Positions 39,085 through 53,185 of a stretch of 64,000 nt of DNA are shown piece by piece; the first letter of the stretch is position 1; each line of letters opens with the position of its first letter. Below the pieces are notes generated by a model, which was given only the letters and a program-made list of their open reading frames with translations, made no database searches and had not been told where the DNA came from. The DNA lies in NCBI GenBank assembly GCA_964016885.1, contig OZ024757.1:19964001-20028000 (forward strand), given 5' to 3'. Source of the DNA: Eledone cirrhosa (taxonomy: Eukaryota). The translations under genes were made by a program, and so were the position numbers.

Positions 39085-40835
39085 TGTCAGAGCTGTGCTA
39101 TTTTCTGACTTTGTAGGCATGTCCACAGGTGTTAGACACATGGAATTCAAAAAGGTTCTGAGTGTTGTTGGCAAGATGGTTAATAATTTTCTGAGTATCT
39201 ACCAAGTCAGAGCTGTACAGTTTTCTGACTTTGTAGGCATGTCCACAGATGGAATTCAAAAGAGTACTCATGTTTGTTGGCAAGATGGTTAATAATTTTC
39301 TGAGTATCTACCAAGTCAGAGCTGTACAGTTTTCTGACTTTGTAGACATATCCACACATGGAATTCAAAAGGGTACTCAGGATTGTTAGCAAGATGGTTA
39401 ATAATTTTCTGAGTATCTACCAAGTCAGAGCTGTACAGTTTTCTGACTTTGTAGGCATGTCCACACATGGAATTCAAAAAGAGTACTCATGTTTGTTGGC
39501 AAGATGGTTAATAATTTTCTGAGTATCTACCAAGTCAGAGCTGTACAGTTTTCTGACTTTGTAGACATGTCCACACATGGAATTCAAAAAGGTACTCAGG
39601 GATATTGACAAGATGGTTAATAATTTTCTGAGTATCTACCAAGTCAGAGCTGTACAGTTTTCTGACTTTGTAGACATGTCCACACATGGAATTCAAAAGG
39701 GTACTCAGGATTGTTAGCAAGATGGTTAATAATTTTCTGAGTATCTACCAAGTCAGAGCTGTACAGTTTTCTGACTTTGTAGACATGTCCACACATGGAA
39801 TTCAAAAGAGTACTCAGGATTGTTAGCAAGATGGTTAATAATTTTCTGAGTATCTACCAAGTCAGAGCTGTACAGTTTTCTGACTTTGTAGACATGTCCA
39901 CACATGGAATTCAAAAGGGTACTCAGGATTGTTAGCAAGATGGTTAATAATTTTCTGAGTATCTACCAAGTCAGAGCTGTACAGTTTTCTGACTTTGTAG
40001 ACATGTCCACACATGGAATTCAAAAGAGTACTCATGTTTGTTGGCAAGATGGTTAATAATTTTCTGAGTATCTACCAAGTCAGAGCTGTACAGTTTTCTG
40101 ACTTTGTAGGCATGTCCACACATGGAATTCAAAAAGGTACTCAGGGATATTGACAAGATGGTTAATAATTTTCTGAGTATCTACCAAGTCAGAGCTGTAC
40201 AGTTTTCTGACTTTGTAGACATGTCCACACATGGAATTCAAAAAGGTACTCAGGGATATTGACAAGATGGTTAATAATTTTCTGAGTATCTACCAAGTCA
40301 GAGCTGTACAGTTTTCTGACTTTGTAGACATGTCCACACATGGAATTCAAAAAGGTACTCAGGGATATTGACAAGATGGTTAATAATTTTCTGAGTATCT
40401 ACCAAGTCAGAGCTGTACAGTTTTCTGACTTTGTAGACATGTCCACACATGGAATTCAAAAGGGTACTCAGGATTGTTGGCAAGATGGTTAATAATTTTC
40501 TGAGTATCTACCAAGTCAGAGCTGTACAGTTTTCTGACTTTGTAGACATGTCCACACATGGAATTCAAAAGGGTACTCAGGATTGTTAGCAAGATGGTTA
40601 ATAATTTTCTGAGTATCTACCAAGTCAGAGCTGTACAGTTTTCTGACTTTGTAGACATGTCCACACATGGAATTCAAAAGGGTACTCAGGATTGTTAGCA
40701 AGATGGTTAATAATTTTCTGAGTATCTACCAAGTCAGAGCTGTACAGTTTTCTGACTTTGTAGACATGTCCACAGGTGTTAGACACATGGAATTTAAAAA
40801 GGTGCTCATGTTTGTAGTTGGCAAGATGGTTGATA
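39085..40835 (-). repeat. 109-bp tandem array (about 16 copies) derived from that CR1 ORF2 segment
   Basis: The ORF track recurs at an exact 109-bp spacing. The unit corresponds to DLVDTQKIINHLANNPEYLFEFH..CGHVYKVRK. Confidence 0.9.
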
Positions 40836-43598
40836 ATAAACATACTCTATTTTAATTAATTAATAAACTTTACTAAATAACCTCACATATGATTCTTAAT
40901 CCTTTAGCATTTAAACCGTGTGTGTTTGTGTGAATGTATGTGTGTATATATGAATGTATGTGTGTGTGTATGAATGTATGTGTATACGAATGTATGTGTG
41001 TGTATATGTGTGTGTGTGCGAATGTATGTGTGTGTATACAAATGTATGAGTGTATATGAATGTGTGTGTGTGAATGTATGTGTGGGTGTATGAATGTATG
41101 TGTGTGTATATGAATGTATGTGTGTATATGAATGTATGTGTGTATATGAATGTGTGTGTGTGAATGTATGTGTGTGTGTGTGAATGTGTGTGTGTGTGAA
41201 TGTATGTGTGTGTGAATGTGTGTGTGTGTGTGTGTGTGATTGTGTGTGTGTGTGAATGTGTGTGTATATGAATGTATGTGTGTGTATATGAATGTATGTG
41301 TGTGTATATGAATGTATGTGTATATGAATGTATGTGTGTATGAATGTATGTGTGTATGAATGTATGTGTGTATATGAATGTGTGTGTGTGTATATGAATG
41401 TGTGTGTGTGTATATGAATGTGTGTGTGTATATGAATGTATGTGTGTGTATATGAATGTATGTGTGTGTATATGAATGTATGTGTGTATATGAATGTATG
41501 CGTGTGTATATGAATGTATGCGTGTGTATATGAATGTATGCGTGTGTATATGAATGTATGCGTGTGTATATGAATGTATGCATGTGTATATGAATGTATG
41601 TGTGTGTATATGAATGTATGTGTGTATATGAATGTATGTTTGTGTGTGAATGTATGTTTGTGTGCATGTATTTTTGTGTGCATGTATTTTTGTGTTTGTG
41701 CACGTTTATATTTATATACTTATGAATGTATACATATGCACATACACACGCATACACACATATACACACACATACACATATATACACACATACATATATA
41801 CACACATATATACACACACATATATACACACATATACACACATATATACACATACATATATACACACGTGTGTGGATATAGAAAATAATTCTAGTATATA
41901 AAAATTTATCAATTATTTTAGTAAATCCTTCAAAATCCTTCATTAATTAACTGAAGTCTAATTAGGGGTGAGGAAAGGTTTAAAGTCCTTTAGTAAAGGA
42001 CAAAGGAAGGGTCAAGAGGAAGGTGACCATTGATTCAGACTTCAGTTGACCTTAATCCAACTTTGGTGGGGATTAATAGATTTAAGGGGTTTATAGTACA
42101 GCCCTGTTCTGACCTGTTTGATGTGGGCCTTGGGGTTTTGTCTGTGTAACCATATATTGAAATATACACAGTACACACACACATACTGGTAAACACACAC
42201 ACACTGGGACACACACACACTGAAATACACACACTGGTACACACACACACTGGTACACACCACACACACACATACTGACACACACACGCACTGATTCACA
42301 CACACACACATTGGTACACACACACTGGTACACACACACAAGTACACACACACACACGAGCACACACAACCCAGTGACTATTTTTTGTCATAACAAGTGA
42401 CTATATTTTCTAGTGATATAGGTGGGGTGGGGGTAGTGGACGTTGGGGTGGGGCTGGGGTGGAGGGGAGGGGGTATCCCCGTCCCAACTCCACCACTATT
42501 ACTACCACCACATTTGCTATAATCACTATTGCTATTATCCCCACCACCACCACTACAACCACTACCACCACCACTACAACCACCACCACCACCACCACCA
42601 CTACAGCCACCACTACTACCACCACTACTACCACCACTACCACCACCACTACCACCACTACCACCATCAGAGCCACGACTAGCACTATCCCTACCATCAC
42701 TTGATGCAATTCACCCTACAGGCTTCCACACAGTTTCTCTCTACCCAGTACATGAGAGATGGGGGAGGGTGTGAGAGAGACAGTGGTAATGACAGTGGGA
42801 GTTTGGTTCCTCTGTGTTCACACCTGGTCTACATGTGTGTGTATAACTTTACACTAACAACCATCAGAAATTATCTGTTTACACATTTTATTATGAAGAT
42901 TCTGTTATACTATCAGAGATCGTCAATGAATCATCTAGGGAAATTAAACATTTAAAAATTGAAATTTTGCCAAAATTTTTATTTAAATTAATTTTTATTT
43001 TATTTCCTTTCCTTGTTGCTAAAAAATGAGATAGAAAAATTAAATTAATCCTTGTGTAATCTTAATAAAAATGATAGAAATATTTGTAGAAATATTTAGA
43101 ATTTTGCTGTTTGGAAAAGTTTCCCTCCCAATGCAATAATTTTTTAACAGTTACTGAATATCATAAAGGTTGAAGATAACCGATTTCTAGTACAATGTGA
43201 TACATTCATAGCTAGATGGGTTAATATAGTCGTAGTAAGAGTTAGTAGATTGAAGGGTGAGAATTGCGTGTGACTTGGTAATATCATAAGACTTACAAAC
43301 ACATCATATCTCGCTGTATATAGCATATATATATATATCATCATCATCATCGTCGTCGTTTAACGCCCATCCTCCACGCTAGCATGGGTTTGGACGGGAA
43401 TTTTCCCACTTGAGGCAAGAGTGGTTGTCTTGCTTGTATAGGACTGTCTGGCGGGTTTTCTACGGCTGGATGCCCTTCCTAACACCAACCACGTTTACAG
43501 TGTGGACTGGGAGGTTTTTATCGTGTTACCTACACGGCCACATTACAGCGTGGACTGTGTGTTTTTTTGTCGTGACACCTACACGACCTCATTTATTT

Positions 43599-43638
<40 letters not shown>

Positions 43639-43641
<3 letters not shown>

Positions 43642-43955
43642 TCATCATCATTTTACGTCCCCTTTTTCCTGCTTGCAAGGGTGGGACGGGAACTGATTCT
43701 GGCTTGATTTCTACAGCTGGATGCCCTTCCTAACACCAACCTCATTTACAGTGAGTGCTGGGTGCTTTGCCGTGGCACCTCCAGTGGAATGATAGGGAAC
43801 CCAGTCCCTATCATCTCATTTCTACAGCTGAGTAAACTGGAGCAATGTGAAATAAAGTGTCTTGCTCAAGGAAACAACACATCACCCGGTCTGCGAATTG
43901 AACTCACAACCTTTCGATTGCAAGGCCAATACTCTAACCACTAAGCCATGTGCCT

Positions 43956-43958
<3 letters not shown>
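43639..43958 (-). mobile_element. Third copy of the CORE-like/RTE-tail SINE
   Basis: Closely similar to 201-549. Confidence 0.8.
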
Positions 43959-44041
<83 letters not shown>

Positions 44042-44199
44042 GAAGTAATTCTGTCGGAAAGGTCCAGGAAAAAAGAGTGCACTATGTAGGTTACAGAGCT
44101 TATTAGTTATGTAATAAACAACATAAGATAATTATTTCATTTACCAGTGGTTTCTTGAAAGCAAACAAATCTGCTTTCAGTCGTCAGAATGAAAAAAAA

Positions 44200-45530
44200 T
44201 TGTGATGATAGTGATGATAGTGATGATGATAGTGATGATAGTGATGATGATGATGATGATGGTGATGGTGAGGACAATGATGATGGTGGTGGTGGTGGTG
44301 ATGGGGGTGATGATGATGGTGGTGGTGATGGGGGTGATGATAACGATGACGGTGATGATAATGATGATGGTGGTGATGATGGTGATGATGGTGATGATGA
44401 TGGTGATGATGATGATGATGGTGATGGTAGTGATGATGATGATGATGATGATACCAATGATAATAATGATGATGATGATGATGATGATAACCTCAAAGAA
44501 TGCAGGGCATTGTCCATCCCTGTGTAATGTCAGGCCGCCTTAAAACTCAGAACAAGCAGAACCCCACCCCCGCTCTTCATCCCCCCACCCACCCCACCTC
44601 CACCCCCACAGCCCCCGCCCCACACAACACTAGCAATACCAAGCTAGCTCCAGTGAAATGTGTTAACCATTATAATGCCGTATCAGATTCTACTGGAATG
44701 CCAGACACCGAGAATGTCGCGACTGTTCTGTTTAGTTCAGAAGGAAGAACACGTGGTGGCGGTGGTGGTGGTGGTGGTGGTGCTGGTGGTGGTGGTGGTG
44801 GTGGTGGTGGTGATAGTGGTGGTGGTGGTGGTGATAGTGGTGGTGGTGGTGGTGGTGATGGTGGCGATTGTGATGCTGGTGGTGGTGATGATAGTGGTGG
44901 TGGTGGTGATAGTGGTGGTGGTGATAGTGGTGGTGGTGGTGATAGTGGTGGTGGTGATAGTGGTGGTGGTGGTGGTGCTGGTGGTGGTGGTGTTGGTGGT
45001 GGTGGTGATAGTGGTGGTGGTGGTGGTGATAGTGGTGGTGGTGATTGTGATGCTGGTGGTGGTGATGATAGTGGTGATGGTGGTGGTGGTGGTGATAGTG
45101 GTGGTGGTGATAGTGGTGGTGGTGGTGATAGTGGTGGTGGTGGTGATAGTGGTGGTGGTGGTGGTGGCGATGGTGATGCTGGTGGTGATGATGATGGTGG
45201 TGCTGGTGGTGGTGGTGGTGGTGATGATGGTTGTGATGGTGGTGGTGGTGGTGGTGGTGGTGGTGGTGGTGATGATGGTAGTGGTGATGGTGATGGTAGT
45301 GATGATGATAGTGATGATGGTGGTGATGGTAGTGGTGATGGTAGTAGTGGTGGTGATGGTAGTGGTGGTAGTGGTGATGGTGATAGTGGTGGTAGTAGTG
45401 GTGATGGTGGTGGTGGTAGTGATGGTGGTGGTGGTGGTGGTAGTGGCAATGATGATGGTGGTGGTAGTGGTAGTGATGGTGGTGGTGGTGGTGGTAGTGG
45501 CAATGATGGTGGTGGTGGTAGTGGTGGCGT
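44200..45530. repeat. (GAT)n and (GGT)n trinucleotide tracts (44200-44490, 44753-45530)
   Basis: Seen directly. These produce the spurious poly-D, poly-G and poly-P ORFs. Confidence 0.85.
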
Positions 45531-45619
45531 ACAGGCTTATCAAATATTTATTAAAGGGGACTTCATTAAGTTTAACTGCTTCGTTACAGTATTTCTAATG
45601 AAAGACACTGCTTGTGGTT

Positions 45620-47140
45620 TTCAATTCTTCTCCTTCGCCCACTTGTTCCTGTGAGGGTCGTGAGAGAAGAGTTGTCAAACACTCCCCCCTGTGGGTCCTG
45701 TCAGAAGCAACCATCTCCAACTGATCCGGCTGGGTCCTCTAGTGAGACCAACCAAGCTCATGGATGTTATCCAACCATCTTGCTCAGGGTCTACCCCTGG
45801 GTCTCTTGCCAGTGGGTTTTGTCCATAAAATCTGTCCAGTGATTCTTTCCTGAGACATTCTAACCACATGTCCATAGTATCAGAGCTGTGATCTCTCAAT
45901 TCAGAGAAGTAGCAGCTCTATCTGGAGTGACTCTTTGATCTCCAAGCTACACATTCTTTCCTGAGACATTCTAACCACATACCCATAGTATCAGAGCTGT
46001 GATCTCTCAATTCGGTGAAGTAGCAGCTCTAGCTGGAGTGACTCTCTGATCTCCAAGCTACACATTCTTTCCTGAGACATTCTAACCACATACCCATAGT
46101 ATCAGAGCTGTGATCTCTCAATTCGGTGAAGTAGCAGCTCTACCTGGAGTGACTCTTTGATCTCCGAGCTACACATTCTTTCCTGCGACATTCTAACCAC
46201 ATGTCCATAGTATCAGAGCTGTGATCTCTCAATTCAGAGAAGTAGCAGCTCTACCTGGAGTGACCCTCTGATCTCTGAACTACACATTCTTTCCTGAGAC
46301 ATTCTAACCACATGTCCATAGTATCAGAGCTGTGATCTCTCAATTCGGAGAAGTAGCAGCTCTACCTGGAGTGACTCTTTGATCTCCGAGCTACACATTC
46401 TTTCCTGCGACATTCTAACCACATGTCCATAGTATCAGAGCTGTGATCTCTCAATTCAGAGAAGTAGCAGCTCTACCTGGAGTGACCCTCTGATCTCTGA
46501 ACTACACATTCTTTCCTGAGACATTCTAACCACATGTCCATAGTATCAGAGCTGTGATCTCTCAATTCGGTGAAGTAGCAGCTCTAGCTGGAGTGACTCT
46601 CTGATCTCCAAGCTACACATTCTTTCCTGAGACCGTCTAACCACATGTCCATAGTATCAGAGCTGTGATCTCTCAATTCGGTGAAGTAGCAGCTCTACCT
46701 GGAGTGACTCTCTGATCTCCAAGCTACACATTCTTTTCTGAGACATTCTAACCACATGTCCATAGTATCAGAGCTGTGATCTCTCAATTTGAAGAAGTAG
46801 CAGCTCTACCTGGAGTCATTCTCTGATCTCCAAGTTACACATTCTAACCACATGTCCATAGTATCAGAGCTGTGATCTCTCAATTCGGAGAAGTAGCAGC
46901 TCTACCTGGAGTGACCCTCTGATCTCTGAACTACACATTCTTTCCCGAGACATTCTAACCACATGTCCATAGTATCAGAGCTGTGATCTCTCAATTTGAA
47001 GAAGTAGCAGCTCTACCTGGAGTCATTCTCTGATCTCCAAGTTACACATTCTAACCACATACCCATAGTATCAGAGCTGTGATCTCTCAATTCGGTGAAG
47101 TAGCGGCTCTACCTGGAGTGACTGATCTCTGAGCTACGCA
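45620..47140 (-). repeat. RTE 3' end (45620-45842) preceded by a 111-bp tandem array (about 12 copies)
   Basis: attctttcctg recurs at 45842, 45953 and 46064. The native continuation is QERITGQILWTKPTGKRPRGRP. Confidence 0.88.
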
Positions 47141-47227
47141 CTTTTCAAGTTTTCAATTTTTATGAACATTTTGAGGAATTTAGTAATTAGAAATATAACT
47201 TACTACCTTTCTCATTATTGGTGTCGC

Positions 47228-47981
47228 CTTAGCTGAGCAGTGAAAACATCTCTGGCCCTTTGCAGTCAGCAGTTTATTACTCAGTGCTACCTTAGCTGAG
47301 CAGTGAAAACATCTCTGACCCTTTGCAGTTAGCAGTTTATTACTCAGTGCTACCTTAGCTGAGCAGTGAAAACATCTCTGACCCCTGGCAGTCAGCAGTT
47401 TATTACTCAGTGCTACCTTAGCTGAGCAGTGAAAACATCTCTGACCCTTTGCAGTCAACAGTTTATTACTCAGTGCTACCTTAGCTGAGCAGTGAAAACA
47501 TCTCTGGCCTTTTGCAGTCAGCAGTTTATTACTCAGTGCTACCTTAGCTGAGCAGTGAAAACATCTCTGACCCTTTGCAGTCAGCAGTTTATTACTCAGT
47601 GCTACCTTAGCTGAGCAGTGAAAACATCTGACCCTTTGCAGTCAGCAGTTTATTACTCAGTGCTACCTTAGCTGAGCAGTGAAAACATCTCTGGCGCTGA
47701 GCAGTGAAAACATCTCTGACCCTTTGCAGTCAGCAATTTATTACTCAGTGCTACCTTAGCTGAGCAGTGAAAACATCTCTGGCCCTTTGCAGTCAGCAGT
47801 TTATTACTCAGTGCTACCTTAGCTGAGCAGTGAAAACATCTCTGACCCTTTGCAGTCAGCAATTTATTACTCAGTGCTACCTTAGCTGAGCAGTGAAAAC
47901 ATCTCTGACCCTTTGCAGTCAGCAATTTATTACTCAGTGCTACCTTAGCTGAGCAGTGAAAACATTTCTGGCCCTTTGCAG
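47228..47981. repeat. 63-bp tandem array (about 12 copies), origin unidentified
   Basis: Unit ccttagctgagcagtgaaaacatctctgaccctttgcagtcagcagtttattactcagtgcta. Confidence 0.9.
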
Positions 47982-48350
47982 TGATGGCTATAATGACGGT
48001 GATGGCTATAATGACGGTGATGGCTATAATGACGGTGATGGCTATAATGACGGAGATGGCTATAATGACGGTGATGCCTATGATGATGGTGATGGCTATG
48101 ATGACGGTGATGGTTATAATGACGGTGATGGTTATAATGACGGAGATGGCTATAATGACGGTGATGGCTATAATGACGGTGATGGCTATAATGACGGTGA
48201 TGGCTATAATGACGGTGATGGCTATAATGACGGTGATGGCTATGATGACGGTGATGGCTATGATGATGGTGATGGCTTTGATGATGGTGATGGCTTTGAT
48301 GATGATGGTGATGCCGACAATGACTATAATGATGATGATGATGATGGTTT
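47982..48350. repeat. 18-bp tandem array (gatggctataatgacggt) grading into (GAT)n
   Basis: Seen directly; it abuts the 63-bp array. Confidence 0.9.
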
Positions 48351-48544
48351 CCTGCATGTAAGAATTTCATGTTAAAACTCTCAACTGAAGAAAAGAACAC
48401 GTCCTGTACCGAAAATAGCAGAGTTACCTCCACTCTGCCGCTATGACCAGTTCCTCAAGAATGTTACTTAACTGACTGACGTGTTCGATGGTTAAATCAT
48501 GGTTTTAAGTTTTAAGTTTTAATCTTTATCACTTATTTTAATTC

Positions 48545-49605
48545 TTAACCCTTTATCATTTAAACCAGCCCTCTCTCTCTGGACAGAATTATCTCACCTT
48601 TCTGTTCAAACTCTCCAAAACTGGCCATTCATACTGATGTTAAGGTATTGTTCTTAAAATAAATAATTGTTTCTACTTTAGGCACAAGGCCAGTATTTAT
48701 CCCAGTACATTACTGGTACTTTATTTTATCGACCCCGTAAGGATGAAAGGCAAAGTAAGCCTAAAATAAATAATTGTTTCTACTTTAGGCACAAGGCCAG
48801 CAATTACCCAGTGCATTACTGGTACTTTATTTTATCGACCCCGTAAGGATGAAAGGCAAAGTCAACCTCGGCGGGATTTGAACTCAGATCGTAAAGGGAC
48901 GTAACTATGCTGGAAAGCATGGCGTCCGACCTTCTACCGATACTGCCAATCCACCGCCTAAAATAAATAATATCAAAATAATATCAAAATCTCAGATTCG
49001 ATATTATGTGAGATAAAGCCTTTACCATGAAAATACTATAGTAAATATAGAGTAATGTAAAGGCTAAAGGGTTAACCCCTTAGCATTTAAACCAGTCGTA
49101 TCCGGCCAGAATTCTCACCTCTTTCTGTTCAAAATGGCTGTAACTGGCCATTCATACTGATGTTAAGGTATTGTTCTTAAAATAAATAATTGTTTCTACT
49201 TTAGGCACAAGGCCAGCAATTATCCCAGTGCATTACTGGTACTTTATTTTATCGACCCCGTAAGGATGAAAGGCAAAGTAAACCTAAAATAAAAAATATC
49301 AAAATCTCAGATTCGATATTATGTGAGATAAAGCCTTTACCATGAAAATACTATAGTAAATATAGAGTAATGTAAAGGCTAACCCCTTAGCATTTAAACC
49401 AGTCGTATCCGGCTAGAATTCTCACCTCTTTCTGTTCAAACTGGCTGTAACTGGCCATTCACACTGATGTTATGGTATTGTTCTCAAAATAAATAACATC
49501 AGAATCTCATAGATTCGATATTATGTGAGATAATTACGTGAAATAAAATGTTTACAATGAAAATACAATAGTAAATATAGAGTAGTGTACATGGTAAAGG
49601 ATTAA
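48545..49605. mobile_element. Three successive piggyBac-like MITE copies, two carrying SINE insertions
   Basis: Repeated taaccc(c/t)ttagcatttaaaccag starts. SINEs lie at about 48660-48960 (TSD cctaaaataaataat) and 49185-49285. Confidence 0.7.
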
Positions 49606-49659
49606 TATATTGGTTCCAGTCATGACACTGCGACCATGCTTAAGCAGTCATCAAAAGGA

Positions 49660-50190
49660 TTTACTTGGCTCAATACCAAGCTCAGCTATTTGTTAAACAG
49701 AGGCTCAGTTGTTGGCTCAATAGAAGCTCACATGTTGAATCAGTGATTTCTCACCTAGTGGCTCAATAGAGTATCTCTCTTTGGCTCAACAGAGGTTCAG
49801 ATGCTGCCAATTATACAAAAGTTCAGTTAGTCACTAACTCAAAAGAGGCTCACCTGTTAGTCCAGCAGAGGCTCTGGCAAAGGCTCAGTTGTCAGTTCAC
49901 CAGAGGTTCAGATGCTGCCAATTATACAAAAGTTCAGTTAGTCACCAACTCAAAAGAGGCTCACCTGTTAGTCCAGCAGAGGCTCTGGCAAAGGCTCAGT
50001 TGTCAGTTCACCAGAGGTTCAGATACAGCCGCTTATACAAAGGCTCAGTTGTAGTTACTAGCTCAATAGAGGCTCAGATGCTGCTCCGTGTACAAAGGCT
50101 CAAGTGCTGCTCACTGTAAAAAGGCTCATATGCTGTTCACAGTACAATGGCTCAGTTACTAGTTCAACAAAGGCTCAACTGTTGGCTCAA
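49660..50190. repeat. Degenerate GGCTCA-periodic repeat containing a duplication of about 115 bp
   Basis: ggctca/ggttca recurs every 10-30 bp; 49790-49905 is repeated at 49902-50025. Confidence 0.65.
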
Positions 50191-51459
50191 ATTAATTAAA
50201 CATGTCAATGACTCACAACTTTTTTTTTTTTTTTTCGTGCAGACAACATCCATGAATTAGTTCAGAAATAAAAGTACATACTACACACACACATACATAC
50301 ACACTATAATATACACACACATACATACGTACATAAGTACGTTCATACACATACATACTTATACATACACACGTACATAAGTATGTTCATGCACATACAT
50401 ACTTATACATACACATACACACACATATGGTAATCCTGCCCTAGTTTTTGAAAAGGTCTGACAGAGAAAAACAAATTAAGCATATGTTATGTGTGTGAGG
50501 GCATTAACGATAATGACATTAAGTAAAGCTGTGGGAAGCCCTCAGCCATAGGACCAAATACTTTATAACTTAGCATTGAGGACAGCAGTTTTACCCTTTA
50601 CCATTCACATTATTCTATATATAATATTGTATTTTTGTAGTACACACTTTATCTTACATAATTATCGCACATAATATCGAATCTATGAGATTTTGATGTT
50701 ATTTATTTTGAGAACAATACCTTAACATCAGTATAAGCGGCCAGTTTCAACTGGTTTGAACAGAAAGAGGGGAGAAATTTCTAGCTGGATATGGCTGGTT
50801 TGAATGCTAAAGTATTAACATGCAACGAGATAGCAAAGATACCGTTTGTTTAGACTAATCAGATTTTCTTTTACAATGAATTATTGTGACTAACAGGAAA
50901 GGAGGAAGTAAGGGGAAAGCAGACACACACGCACACACACACATATATATATCCATATATATACACACACATACATATATATCCATACACACACACACAT
51001 ACATACATATATATCCATATACATACACACATGTACAAACACACACCCGCACATATCTATCTATCTATATATATATACACAAAGGCCTTGTTTCAGGAGT
51101 GTACCAGGGGACAAGTCCCCCCCCCCCCCACACTTTTTCAGGAACGGGGAGAGGGGTGACAAACTACCTTTTGTGTTTTGTTTATTTGATGTATTGTTTT
51201 TGTTTATGCCACGAAACTACGTAGTCGAGGAATCTAGGAGCAGTTTAGGTATGACACATTTTATTACTAATTATATCTAAATGTTTCTTCTCTTTTCATA
51301 ATGTATTTTTAACTCTGATACTGGTTCAGTCTGGTTCAACCGGATTGGTCTGTCCCAGTCATTCATTGAGCAGCATCGGTGAGGTTGGCACCCTTAACTC
51401 ACGGTTGGGTGTGGATGCATTCATGTATATGTGTGTGTCCGCATGTATCTGTGTGTTTC

Positions 51460-51495
<36 letters not shown>

Positions 51496-51569
51496 TATAT
51501 GAAAAATTTGGGATCCCGTTAGCTAAGCCCCTGCTGTTTCAACAGCATATATATCCATATGCATATATG

Positions 51570-52155
51570 TTTGTATGTGTGTGTGTATATATATATATAC
51601 ATATATATACACACACACACACACAAGGCCCCCCCCTCCTCTATATATATACAATCACCCCCATATATACATACATACATACATACACACACTCACACTG
51701 TGTATATATATATATACATATATATACACACACACACACAAGCCCCCCCCCCTCTATATATATACAATCACCCCCATATATACATACATACATACATACA
51801 CACACTCACACTGTGTATATATATATATACATATATATACACACACACACACAAGGCCCCCCCCCCTCTATATATATACAATCACCCCCATATATACATA
51901 CATACATACATACACACACTCACACTGTGTATATATATATATACATATATATACACACACACACAAGGCCCCCCCCCCCTCTATATATATACAATCACCC
52001 CCATATATACATACATACATACATACACACACTCACACTGTGTATATATATATATACATATATATACACACACACACACAAGGCCCCCCCCCCCCTCTAT
52101 ATATATATACAATCACCCCCATATATACATACATACATACATACATACACACTCA
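51570..52155. repeat. About 114-bp microsatellite-built tandem array (5 copies)
   Basis: acaatcacccccatat recurs five times. Confidence 0.85.
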
Positions 52156-52392
52156 CATTTGCTTTTGGTTACCATAAGAGGATTAAGAGAAACAAAATAT
52201 TTGGCCTTGAACAAGAAAGTTTTTACTTGGCAATGTTAACCTAGAAAAGACACGAGGAGACAGACGTGGGAAAGGAACCCTTTCCCCTCCCAAACTATAG
52301 CCTGGTTTTATCACTAGAAAAATAATAGTCATTGTTGTTCTAACTGCTGTTGTTTAGACCCTGGTCATCCCTCTCTCTATATATATATATAT

Positions 52393-53141
52393 AGGCAGAC
52401 TGTATGATGCGTGTATCCGAACAGCGATGTTGCATGGTAGTGGGACCTGGGCGCTGAAGGTGGAAGACTTACGTAGATTAGAGAGAAACGAAGCCTGCAT
52501 GCTCCGATGGATGTGTAACAGTAATATACGTGAACGACAAAGCATAAATGAATTGAGAGAGAGACTGAGCATAAGAGGAATCAAATGCTGCGTGCAGGAG
52601 AGGCGGTTACGCTGGTATGGACATGTGATGCGTATGAAGGATGACAGCTGCATAAAAAGGTGCAGAGCACTAGAAGTTGATGGAAACCGCGGAGTGGGGA
52701 GACCCAAGATGACTTGGGATGAGGTGATAAAAGCCGACCTTACCCAACTACACCTCTCAAAGTCAATGACACACGACCGTGACTTCTGGCGTCACGCAGT
52801 AATACAGGGTACCCGACCTCCCATGGGTACATGCTGAAGCATATAAACAATATGCCCCCCCCCCCCCCCACCGCAAGGTGGTCGTGGAGGTGCCACGGCA
52901 AAAAAGCACCCAGCCCACACTGTAAAGTGGACGTGTAGGCGCCACGAAAAAGCACCCAGCACTCACTGTAAATGAGGTTGGTGTTAGGAAGGGCATCCAG
53001 CTGTCGAAATCAAGCCAGATCAGTTCCTGTATGAGCAAGGCATGGTCAGCCGACCAGACACTGCCCACAACAGGACAACCCGTCTAACCCATGCTAGCGT
53101 GGAAGAACGGACGTAAAACGGTGATGATGATGATGATGATG
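52393..53141 (+). mobile_element. Shorter, nearly identical copy of the 7436-8845 LINE
   Basis: Matches about 8099-8845 with only isolated substitutions. Confidence 0.92.
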
Positions 53142-53185
53142 AAATGGCAAGTAAGTATGTTTTGAAACAGTGAGCGAGTTTTGAA

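Noticed and set aside
44500-45654. 384-aa Gly-rich ORF and neighbouring Asp-rich ORF
   Set aside because: They are (GGT)n and (GAT)n tracts with almost no synonymous codon variation. A phase-compatible join with 43150-43255 is possible but gives no recognisable protein.
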